64,000 nucleotides of DNA. Source: Geopsychrobacteraceae bacterium. GTDB taxonomy: Bacteria; Desulfobacterota; Desulfuromonadia; Desulfuromonadales; Geopsychrobacteraceae. A model generated the notes under the pieces. The model made no database searches and was not told where the DNA came from. It saw only the letters and a program-made list of their open reading frames with translations. The stretch lies in the NCBI GenBank assembly GCA_963662315.1, contig OY759353.1, positions 2,400,001 through 2,464,000 of the forward strand, given 5' to 3'. Position numbers and translations under genes: made by a program. Shown piece by piece: positions 40,162-48,759 of the stretch (positions are counted from its first letter, which is position 1; each line of letters begins with the position of its first letter).

Positions 40162-42165
40162 TTATTCCTTCTCAGCAGCTGAGTACAACAGCGCGCCAAA
40201 TGCCTGAGACAAAACAGGAGTCAGTTTTTTGCTGCGAGGAAGATCGTTAATAGTGATATTCGCCTGACCGGATATTCTTGCGGCGACGTGAATACAGAGC
40301 TGGTTAAAAATGACATCGCTACTGATCAGACCTTTATTCAGGTCATCACTGATAGCCAATGCCGTTTCAACAAAAGAAGCGTAGTAGGAATCTTTCAACA
40401 GTGTGGTCAGGGTTTGCGTTGCCGTTACCTGATCCAGATCTGGAAAGGCTGCCGCAACCTGTTTTATCCTGAGTCCGCGTTCAAGCAGACGTTGACGAAC
40501 TGGCCGTTTGGCCTGAAGGCCATTCTGCCGGTAAATCGCTTCAGTTACCGCTCCATGAACCGCTTTGGCGATCAGTTCCCCCAGCTTGGTGTGGCCACCA
40601 CTGTAATTTGCGACTGGCCCATCCCCCTGGACAATCATTACGTTGTCGGTACCGGTCCCCGTTGCCCGATGGTCAAGGCCTGAGTAGGAGCTGCGGATAT
40701 CCAGATCAAGCAAAGCTGCGGATTTCGCCTCAGTTGCGGTGATAATCGCCCGGGCCATGGCGTTTTCACTCAAACGGCGGTTGGTCATAACCAGAATATT
40801 GATGGTCCCGTGACTGAAATAGAGCCCGGAATCGCGTGACATGCGCATGGCATTGCCACGCACCCCTGCAGTGGCCAGAACCGTGACCGCAAGATCTTGA
40901 TAGACCTCTGTCTTGTTGGCCAAATTATTCATGTCGGCACCGGTCATCATGGAGGCAAAGGACTTGCTCGCATACCCAAGATTCTCTGCTATGGCAGTCT
41001 TCCCTGGTTCCGGACCAAAGGCCATATGCCCGAGGCTGGCCCCCATGGGGATATAGGTATTACCCACTCCGTCCACTTTTTCACGCAAACCTTCGAAGGT
41101 GGATAAAATCCTCTGAGGAGCGGTGAAGTGCACATCCAATGAGCGATAGACACTGTCATTGACGCGCTGATCAACAACACGAGCCTGTTTTACATAAGAC
41201 AGATCGAGGGACAAAGGTCGTTCTTTCAAGACCTCATCTGCACTTACCGCCAGAGCCGGATCAGCCATCTGTTGCGGATAAAGCAGGGCCGCCAGCCACT
41301 GGGTAAAATCGCCCATATGAACACCTGCCCGGCAGGTCAGGGAGCAGGGGAACATACTGACAGCGCCGTCATGAACAGCAGTCACATCGGACCAGCCAGG
41401 TTCTTTAAGCACGGTCCTGACGGCTTCAGCATTGGCATGACAACCGTAGACAAATTGGGGATCAAATTGCTGCCATTGGCTAAGAGCTACAGGAACAAAG
41501 TCACCCTTTTGCTTAGAGTAAAAAGGCAGGCCGCCCGCAATAGAAATTAACTGATTCTGAAAAGAATCGTCACCGGGGATGCTCGGTCTCTTGCCGACCA
41601 CAATCCTCCCAACCCGCTTACGCTCTGCCATAGGCACAACCTTGAGGCGCTCTTCCACGAGCTGCAGTTGGTGACGATTGCGAGCGACAATGCTGGCGGC
41701 TTCTTGCTCACAGTCAAACAACTTCCCGATCAGCTCAATGCGGGTAAAACCGGCTTCGATACTCCGGGCATCGAGGACCAGTATCTTTTGGGGAGAACCT
41801 GAAAAGGCCTTAATCACGTCAACCTGCCCGGGAGAGGCAATGATTAAGTCGGGCTCAAGACCAGCTATCTTCTCCAAATTGGGATGAAAATAACTACCGA
41901 GGTCAGGGAGTCGTAATTGCGGCTGATGATCCAGGTCTTCACGGGTCACCCCGACCAGGACCTCACTCTGTCCGCAGGCGATAATAATTTCTGTGGCCGA
42001 AGGGCATAAGGAAACAACCCGTTGCGGAGCAGAGGAAAAAGTCGCTTGTAGTCCACGAGCATCGGTTAATGCCAGTGGAAATTCTGTCGCTTCTACGCTT
42101 CCAAACAACAGCAGCAGTGACAGCTGCGTAAACAGAACAATTTGGAGATAAAGATGACGAGCCAT
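40162..42165 (-). CDS. cbiZ: BtuF-like periplasmic binding domain fused to adenosylcobinamide amidohydrolase CbiZ (copy 1)
   Basis: Signal peptide VEA-T, PQRVVSLCPSATE, PNLEKIAGLEPDL; C-terminal half with TGAD, ATAG, GTINI, TATEAK, ATGTGTD. Alternative start TTG 42183. Confidence 0.88.
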   Translation of the reverse strand: MARHLYLQIVLFTQLSLLLLFGSVEATEFPLALTDARGLQATFSSAPQRVVSLCPSATEIIIACGQSEVLVGVTREDLDHQPQLRLPDLGSYFHPNLEKIAGLEPDLIIASPGQVDVIKAFSGSPQKILVLDARSIEAGFTRIELIGKLFDCEQEAASIVARNRHQLQLVEERLKVVPMAERKRVGRIVVGKRPSIPGDDSFQNQLISIAGGLPFYSKQKGDFVPVALSQWQQFDPQFVYGCHANAEAVRTVLKEPGWSDVTAVHDGAVSMFPCSLTCRAGVHMGDFTQWLAALLYPQQMADPALAVSADEVLKERPLSLDLSYVKQARVVDQRVNDSVYRSLDVHFTAPQRILSTFEGLREKVDGVGNTYIPMGASLGHMAFGPEPGKTAIAENLGYASKSFASMMTGADMNNLANKTEVYQDLAVTVLATAGVRGNAMRMSRDSGLYFSHGTINILVMTNRRLSENAMARAIITATEAKSAALLDLDIRSSYSGLDHRATGTGTDNVMIVQGDGPVANYSGGHTKLGELIAKAVHGAVTEAIYRQNGLQAKRPVRQRLLERGLRIKQVAAAFPDLDQVTATQTLTTLLKDSYYASFVETALAISDDLNKGLISSDVIFNQLCIHVAARISGQANITINDLPRSKKLTPVLSQAFGALLYSAAEKE

Positions 42166-42192
42166 AAACCTAAAACGCCTCAATAAGCTGAT

Positions 42193-42234
42193 AAAATAAA
42201 AGTAGGGAGATAGCCTGAAAAAGACTGTCTCCCT
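42193..42234 (-). terminator. Intra-operon hairpin with U tract between receptor 1 and btuF-cbiZ 1
   Basis: Minus strand: agggagacag...ctatctccct followed by acttttatttt. Confidence 0.55.
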
Positions 42235-42285
42235 GGCCTGCTAGCTACCTGGAAACAGGTAGCTATAATCCACGTTGAGATACTT

Positions 42286-44226
42286 TTAGTAATGGTACGC
42301 CAAGGTGACGAAGAAGGTCCGTCCGGGCATGAAATAGCCCTGATTGTAGGCATAGTTTTTATTAAACAGATTGTGGATATCAGCCGTGAGTGACAGATCA
42401 CCGTACTCAGCAAAACTGTCCAGGGTTTTGGTGACAGACAGATCGGTCACGGTAAAGCTTTTCAGCTTGGTTGCGCCGGTTTTCTCGTAATCGGTAATGT
42501 CCTGTTCACCGGTGTAGGCAAAATTGAGACAGGCAGACAAGCCTTTATTCGGGTTATTGAAACGCAGACCGTAAGATGCGCTCAGAGCTGATGTATAGGT
42601 CAGCTTATCGCCACTATCATCATCTTCATACTTATCCAGGTAGGTAAAAGACAGGTAGGGAATCAGTTCGTTGTTCCAGCCAGCCAAAGCACCGATATCA
42701 AATTGCACTGAACCTTCGAGGCCGGAAAGAGTGGCCGCACCAATATTCTGATAACGGGTCAAATCTTGACTGACAGCTTCATAGCCAATTTTATTTTCAA
42801 AATCGGTATAGAAATAGGTCATGCTGGCGCTGAAGGTTCCTGTTACAAAATCGATACCAGCCTCATAGGTGGCGCTTTCCTCGGGATCCAGATCAGGATT
42901 ACCGGACCAGATTCCCCAGCCATAAGCGCTGTAGTTGGTAAGCATAAATAGCTGATCAGGGGTCGGCATTTTAAAACCTTCCGCATAATTGGTGCGCAGG
43001 GTCACCATATCACTAACCTTAAAGGCAGCACCCAAGGTAGAACTCCAATTGGTAGAATCGGTACTGGCACCGGTATCGCTTTCGATATCAAACTTGTCGT
43101 AACGACCACCGGCAGAGAGGATCAGCTTATCATTGAGTAATTTTGTTTTGGTCAGAACGAACAGGGCGGGGTTGTCATAGGAGTTTTCTTTGCCTGATTT
43201 CATATTGGAATTGGAAATTTCATAGCGGATCCAGTCAACACCGGTGGTCAGACTGAGCAGGTCCCATTTCGCAGTGATTTGGGCATTCCCCCCTTTTTGC
43301 CGGGTATCACGGAAGTAATCGACCGTGCCATTATCAACGGTTTCATACTCGTCTTTACCATCAAAATAACGCAGGTTCCAGAACAGAAAATCATTGGCGG
43401 TCTTACCATCGTAAACGACATCCACCTGACGATTTTTCAGATTGACAGAGTCGTCCGGATCAACTGCGCTCAGGTAATTAGGGCTGCCAATACCTTCAGC
43501 ATTAAACCAGGAGTAAACCAGTCCGATCCGTTGCCCAGGAAGAAAATTCCAGCCGAGATTGGTGCTGAAACGATCCTTAGCATCAAAACCGGTATTATCG
43601 TAGTGTTTATCATCGCCTGTATCATAAGAAGACTGAGAAGAGGTTGAAGCACTCAGAGAATAATCAAACTGATTAACTTTTCCAGATACCCCGGCAGTGG
43701 TTTTAAGGTAATCCCAGCTCCCCAGAGTTTGCTCAACAAAAGCTGACGGCTTAGCTCCTTTTTTGGTGATAACGTTAACGACACCACCAAGAGCTGCAGA
43801 GCCGTACTGAACCGATCCTGGCCCGCGAATAATTTCAACCCGCTCCACGTTATCCATCATGATCGAAGCCAGGTTACCAGTGTTAACCCGCCGCCCATTG
43901 AGCAACAGGGTCACATAGCTGTTGGCAACCTGACCGTGAGTATCGGTAGCAAAACCACGAATCTGAACCGCCATCAGGGAATTGGGATACTCACGGATTT
44001 TGAACCCTTGAGCACCAAGCAGATCAGCAAGATCCTGGGCGGAAGATTCTTTGATCTGCTCTTCCCCGATAACGGTTACGTTAGTCGTCTGATCAGCCTT
44101 GGTTTCTTCAATACGACTGGCGGTTACCACAACCTGATTAAGGTCGGTCACCTCTTCGAACGCGCTAGCGGAGAAGGGAAAGCAAAGGGTCATGAACAGT
44201 AATGACCAGACATGGCAGTACTTCAT
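42286..44226 (-). CDS. TonB-dependent receptor, BtuB-like (receptor 1)
   Basis: Signal peptide ASA-F, VVVTASR, IRG, LLNGR, VERVEIIRGPGSVQYGSAALGGVVNVITK, GNPDLDPE, PGRTF; directly after a cobalamin riboswitch. Confidence 0.92.
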   Translation of the reverse strand: MKYCHVWSLLFMTLCFPFSASAFEEVTDLNQVVVTASRIEETKADQTTNVTVIGEEQIKESSAQDLADLLGAQGFKIREYPNSLMAVQIRGFATDTHGQVANSYVTLLLNGRRVNTGNLASIMMDNVERVEIIRGPGSVQYGSAALGGVVNVITKKGAKPSAFVEQTLGSWDYLKTTAGVSGKVNQFDYSLSASTSSQSSYDTGDDKHYDNTGFDAKDRFSTNLGWNFLPGQRIGLVYSWFNAEGIGSPNYLSAVDPDDSVNLKNRQVDVVYDGKTANDFLFWNLRYFDGKDEYETVDNGTVDYFRDTRQKGGNAQITAKWDLLSLTTGVDWIRYEISNSNMKSGKENSYDNPALFVLTKTKLLNDKLILSAGGRYDKFDIESDTGASTDSTNWSSTLGAAFKVSDMVTLRTNYAEGFKMPTPDQLFMLTNYSAYGWGIWSGNPDLDPEESATYEAGIDFVTGTFSASMTYFYTDFENKIGYEAVSQDLTRYQNIGAATLSGLEGSVQFDIGALAGWNNELIPYLSFTYLDKYEDDDSGDKLTYTSALSASYGLRFNNPNKGLSACLNFAYTGEQDITDYEKTGATKLKSFTVTDLSVTKTLDSFAEYGDLSLTADIHNLFNKNYAYNQGYFMPGRTFFVTLAYHY

Positions 44227-44255
44227 AAAACAGCTCCTGGATAAATACCGGGCAT

Positions 44256-44298
44256 AAAAAAATCCCCGGATCGCAAAAAATAAACGACCTGGGGATTC
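44256..44298 (-). terminator. Riboswitch-controlled intrinsic terminator
   Basis: Minus strand: gaatccccaggtcg...cgatccggggattttttt, ~30 nt before the receptor ATG. Confidence 0.8.
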
Positions 44299-44366
44299 CC
44301 TGTTCTATCCACAAGCTAAAACGCACACTCCTCCTGCCACGGAGATAAATGTACACCAATAATGAC

Positions 44367-44532
44367 ATTCAGGCAGGTCTTCTGACTCCCGGTTCTTCCT
44401 ACTTGTCACGCCTTCCCATTCGTCTGTTGACAAACAGTGGCTACTTTGTGACTTTCGTCCCCGGTTACAGCGGCGGGCCCGTCCCCGATTCACACGGGGT
44501 TCCCTATTAAGCTCGATTAGGAGCGCCTGGAT
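44367..44532 (-). ncRNA. Cobalamin (B12) riboswitch 1
   Basis: Minus strand: aatagggaa...gggacgggcccgccgctgtaac...gccactg...tgggaaggc...gagtcagaagacctgcc (B12 box). Confidence 0.96.
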
Positions 44533-44826
44533 GGTAGTTGTTTTTTCGATCTTCAATCAACCTGACATCCTTGATTGAGATCGACGAATTGTTAAAGAAA
44601 ATTTCCAGAATTATCAGGTTTAAGACAAACTTCAAGCAACTTAAAAGACGTCCATAAAATCTCCTAAGTGCCTATTATTAAAACCAAGAGTTCATCTAGT
44701 CATAATCTATCATTAAATACTGAGCTTACTCACGCTGCAAACCATAGATCATTACCGGTAAAAATGAAATACTAAATCATCATTTTATACAGAACTATTT
44801 TCACAAGCCCCGTCCTTAGCTGGCTA

Positions 44827-47800
44827 CTACGAGATCCGATTCTGTCTTCTTTGCCACCAGATACCACCACCAATAATTGCCAGTAACAAGACAACCGCTA
44901 ATGAAGCCAACCACTGCACCCCTGATGACGTTAATTCTGTGGTTTTGTCTTCATTGGTGACCTTCTCCATCTTATAGCCGTTGACATGTTCCGTTTCCGG
45001 ACCGGACTCTTGTACCGCCTGCCGCTGATCCGCACTGTCATTATTCTGTGTGTGTTGTGGCGGTTCTCTGTTCGGATCTTTACTGAATCCAGCCTGGAGT
45101 TGCTGCTGCAGTTGCTGACGCTCCTGTAACTGTTGCTCCAAAGGCTTCTGAGCCATCTTTTCGATGGCGACCTTAAACTGTTCAACCAGTTCGGGACTCA
45201 TAACCCCAGGGAGTGAAGCAATATTGATGACCATCTGGTTCAGAGCCGGGTTATTACAGGTGTGGTCACAACAGGCCACCCCCTGTTTCAGCATACTCTT
45301 GATATAATTACGAGCCAGGTTCTGCTGCACCTGTTCCGATGGATGCCAGTAACCTTTGCGCACCGCTTCCAGCATACGGGCGGTGATCGATTGATAGGCC
45401 CAAGGATTATTGTTTTCGAAGAACTCTTTCAGGTTTTGTTGATACTTGTCATCAACATAAACAGCATTGATCTGATCCCAGGATGCTGCGGCAACATCAG
45501 CCGGGGTGGTGACCTGCCAACCCCACAAGTACTCGACAAACTTGGCCATTTCGCGCGCACCGGCATAGTTTTCCTGCTTCATCCCGGCAATCCATTGCGG
45601 GTTCAGATAGCGTTGCTGAAGTTCCTGGCCAATAACCCGTTTTAATGGTGCAACCTGCACTTGGCCAGGCATTTTTTGCAGGGTGACGCGCGTATCCGGT
45701 GCTTCCCCCCGTACGTTGCGCACCGCCAGGGACAGACCACCTAAGTACTGGAACATGTCGTCATTATCCATGGTGGCATACAGATTGGAGGAGATAGAGT
45801 GAACCGCAGTATCGACATCCCTGAGGTTTTCAACCAACGCGGCACGCACCGGTATTCCCCACTGGCCATTGCCGATGGCGAAACTGCTGCGATTGAGGAA
45901 AACAGCAGCAATCTCATCATCTGACTCCCAGATGCCAGAAGCGCCACTCAACTCTGAGACACCATTACCGTAGGCGCCTGGCTTTTCGGTAAAGATGCGT
46001 AAGCGCGACTGGAATTCCGCCTCAGCAGCAGATATTCCCTGGGCAATCAGAGCCTGTTTGACCTTACTGCTGTTTTGTGCCAGCAGGTTCTCAATATCGG
46101 TCTGTAGCAAGGCTTTCTGCACTGCTGCGTCCAACCAAAGGAGCTTGTCAGGAAACAGATCACGGTACAGACCGGAAGCATTAATCAACACGTCTATGCG
46201 CGGACGCCCCAGCTTTTTACCCGGGATTGGTCGCGTCCCTGTCACCCGCCCCGAACTGTCCCACACCGGCTCCATGCCGAGCAAGGCAAGAATGGTACTT
46301 TCATTCACCCCCTCGTTACGAATGCTCTCTACCGCCCACAGCACCACCGCTACCTTATTCGGATAATGCCCCTGCTCCTGCAGTTTGTCCTTGATCAGAT
46401 CTTCAGCGGCCTGTTGCCCTAGCTTCCATGCTGCCTTACTTGGAATACGCGCCGATGAAAAAGCGTAAAAGTTCTTGCCGGTTGGCAGGGCATAAGGATT
46501 GCGCAGGGGGTCATTTCCTTCGCCAGTGGGGATATAACCACCACCAAGGGCTTTGACCAGATGATCCATTTCACGCTGCGCTGACATAGTCAGGTTTTCT
46601 TTAAGCTGCTCTTTATCCAGATCGGGATGAGCCTGGCTGATGACGGCAAGGGTGCCGGCGATCCCTTCATCTGAATAGGAGGTACCAAAGGTATGCAGAC
46701 CAAAGGGCAAAACGCCATCGTCAACTTCGTGCAAATAAAGGTCGATGGTTTCAATATCATCCGCACTCGTATTGGTGATACCAAGCACCTCACCAATACC
46801 GGTCTGTTGCAGAAGCGTATCAATCTGCTCCAGGTACTGCGCGGCTGTCGCTCCACCAACTCCAAAATTCAGTTCAAAGTTTTCAACCAGGTCGTGCAGT
46901 GCTGCTGTTTCATCGTGAAGATCGACATCTTTTAAAGCCGGGGTCATGTGGTCGATAATAACACCGCGGCCGCGCCGTTTAGCCTGAACCCCCTCGCCAA
47001 CATCATCAACAATATAGGGATAGATATTGGGAATAGCTCCAAGCATAATCTCTGGGGGGTCAGCAGCCGCCAAACCTGCCTGTTTGCCTGGTAACCATTC
47101 ATAGGTCGCATGAGTGCCAAGGTGAATCATGGCATCAGCACCAAAGGCATGCTGTAACCACAAATAGGCGGCAATATACTGATGATGAGGATAGACCGAC
47201 TGATCGTGGTAGAGCTTCATAGGATCGTCACTCCACCCCCGGGAAGGTTCAGGAAGTAATACCAGATGACCCAGGCGCACCAGGGGAATAACAAAATGAC
47301 CATCCTTGACCATGATCTTGCTATCTTCCGGTTCACCCCATTGTTTAAGAACTGGTCGGCGGAAATCTTCAGGAAGGGAATCAAACCACTGCCGGTAGGT
47401 TTTAACCGCCAGCATTTCAACTTCGCCACTGGCGAGCATGGCATCTAGCTCACCGGGAGCCCAGGATCCGATATTACGTCCCGTGCGCAGAACCATCTGA
47501 CGTACTTTCTCTTCCGTCAGAGTGTCATCCCCCTGGACCTGATAACCTTCCCGTTTAAGACGCTCACTGATGGCGGCGACACTTTTAAACACATTCAGAT
47601 AACTGGCCCCGACATTCTGCTTGCCCTGACTGTGATTGTAATAAAGCAGAGCCAACCTTTTATCCCTGTTTGCTTTCTGCTGTAAACGTGTCCAGTTTTT
47701 TAAGCGCGGCAGCAGATTGTTCAGGTTTTCCTCAACCAGATCATAGTAATAAAGCGGCTTATCAGTATCGGCTACAACCTGTTTCCGTTTGGCGCTGAGC

Positions 47801-48759
47801 ACGGTTGGTTCAATAGCGCCTGTGGTTTCCGGGTTAGCGATAGCCCAGGCCACTTCCATAGGAGCAATACCAACCGGATCGGCCTGCCAATCTTCAAGCT
47901 CATCACTATAAAGGCGGATCAGGTTAAAGACCGGAACATCAAGATCAGTGATTGCCTGTTTGACGCTATCATTCAAAGCTGACCAGAATTTAAGAGTAAA
48001 ACTGAGCAGCATGGATACCGGAGCCTGTCCGTCAGTACGCTGTAGAAACTGCTTAAAAACCCGGTCCGGACGGCCGAAACAGGGCAACACATTAAAGCCT
48101 TCCCGCTCTAAGCGAGAAATCAGGGCATCGGCAGCTTCAATCTGGCCATCACGCAAAGTCGTTATATAAAAAGTGACCCCCAGCCACGGCCATTTACCAC
48201 GTTCAGGATACTGATGGGAATACCACTGCTTATAACTGGTAACATCGCTGAACAAACGAGAACTGGCTGGATGATGAATAGCACTGGCGGGCATCTCCAC
48301 CGGCGGTGGATAATCGAGGGTGTCATCCACAGTCTGGTACAGTGCCCGCAGAATCATGCCGGTCACATTCTGACGTGACAATTGGGAATAATACGCGGCA
48401 ATATTTTCATCAAAAATAAACCCCTGCTGCTGCAAAGATTTATCGTCGCGTGAACCACGTAAAGCATAGACAGTTCGTCCGGTAACCAGATTGTGCTCGA
48501 GCAGGTAGGAACTTAGTTCGCTGCTCATAACATCAACCAGGATCACATCGGCTCCAGCCACAAACCGCGAGGCTTCAGCGTTATACTGCAGCTCTTGCAA
48601 CGTCAGGGAACGGACCTCATGCTGAGTGGGGAGATTAAGCTCTGCCACACCTTGGTAAGCAACAGTACTGTCGCCGTCAATCACCAGCAATGCCAGTTTA
48701 CCGGCATAAACTGGTGTCGTAATCACACCCAATAAAATAAAGATAAGCAGGCGCACCAT
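44827..48759 (-). CDS. cobN: CobN/Mg-chelatase H-family protein, exported and C-terminally anchored (copy 2)
   Basis: Same chelatase motifs (HLGTHATYEWLPGK, LPTGKNF, RPRIDV, RYLNPQW); signal peptide PVYA-G; C-terminal TM plus WWQRRQ; ATG overlaps the upstream TGA. Confidence 0.93.
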   Translation of the reverse strand: MVRLLIFILLGVITTPVYAGKLALLVIDGDSTVAYQGVAELNLPTQHEVRSLTLQELQYNAEASRFVAGADVILVDVMSSELSSYLLEHNLVTGRTVYALRGSRDDKSLQQQGFIFDENIAAYYSQLSRQNVTGMILRALYQTVDDTLDYPPPVEMPASAIHHPASSRLFSDVTSYKQWYSHQYPERGKWPWLGVTFYITTLRDGQIEAADALISRLEREGFNVLPCFGRPDRVFKQFLQRTDGQAPVSMLLSFTLKFWSALNDSVKQAITDLDVPVFNLIRLYSDELEDWQADPVGIAPMEVAWAIANPETTGAIEPTVLSAKRKQVVADTDKPLYYYDLVEENLNNLLPRLKNWTRLQQKANRDKRLALLYYNHSQGKQNVGASYLNVFKSVAAISERLKREGYQVQGDDTLTEEKVRQMVLRTGRNIGSWAPGELDAMLASGEVEMLAVKTYRQWFDSLPEDFRRPVLKQWGEPEDSKIMVKDGHFVIPLVRLGHLVLLPEPSRGWSDDPMKLYHDQSVYPHHQYIAAYLWLQHAFGADAMIHLGTHATYEWLPGKQAGLAAADPPEIMLGAIPNIYPYIVDDVGEGVQAKRRGRGVIIDHMTPALKDVDLHDETAALHDLVENFELNFGVGGATAAQYLEQIDTLLQQTGIGEVLGITNTSADDIETIDLYLHEVDDGVLPFGLHTFGTSYSDEGIAGTLAVISQAHPDLDKEQLKENLTMSAQREMDHLVKALGGGYIPTGEGNDPLRNPYALPTGKNFYAFSSARIPSKAAWKLGQQAAEDLIKDKLQEQGHYPNKVAVVLWAVESIRNEGVNESTILALLGMEPVWDSSGRVTGTRPIPGKKLGRPRIDVLINASGLYRDLFPDKLLWLDAAVQKALLQTDIENLLAQNSSKVKQALIAQGISAAEAEFQSRLRIFTEKPGAYGNGVSELSGASGIWESDDEIAAVFLNRSSFAIGNGQWGIPVRAALVENLRDVDTAVHSISSNLYATMDNDDMFQYLGGLSLAVRNVRGEAPDTRVTLQKMPGQVQVAPLKRVIGQELQQRYLNPQWIAGMKQENYAGAREMAKFVEYLWGWQVTTPADVAAASWDQINAVYVDDKYQQNLKEFFENNNPWAYQSITARMLEAVRKGYWHPSEQVQQNLARNYIKSMLKQGVACCDHTCNNPALNQMVINIASLPGVMSPELVEQFKVAIEKMAQKPLEQQLQERQQLQQQLQAGFSKDPNREPPQHTQNNDSADQRQAVQESGPETEHVNGYKMEKVTNEDKTTELTSSGVQWLASLAVVLLLAIIGGGIWWQRRQNRIS

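Noticed and set aside
44165..44556. ORFs at 44165-44556 (also 51008-51280 and 57033-57227)
   Set aside because: They lie over cobalamin riboswitches and their terminators and show no protein features.
36191..48759. Reading the cobN genes as the aerobic B12 biosynthesis chelatase
   Set aside because: Signal peptides and anchors are present, and there are no cobS/cobT or ring-synthesis genes in the window.
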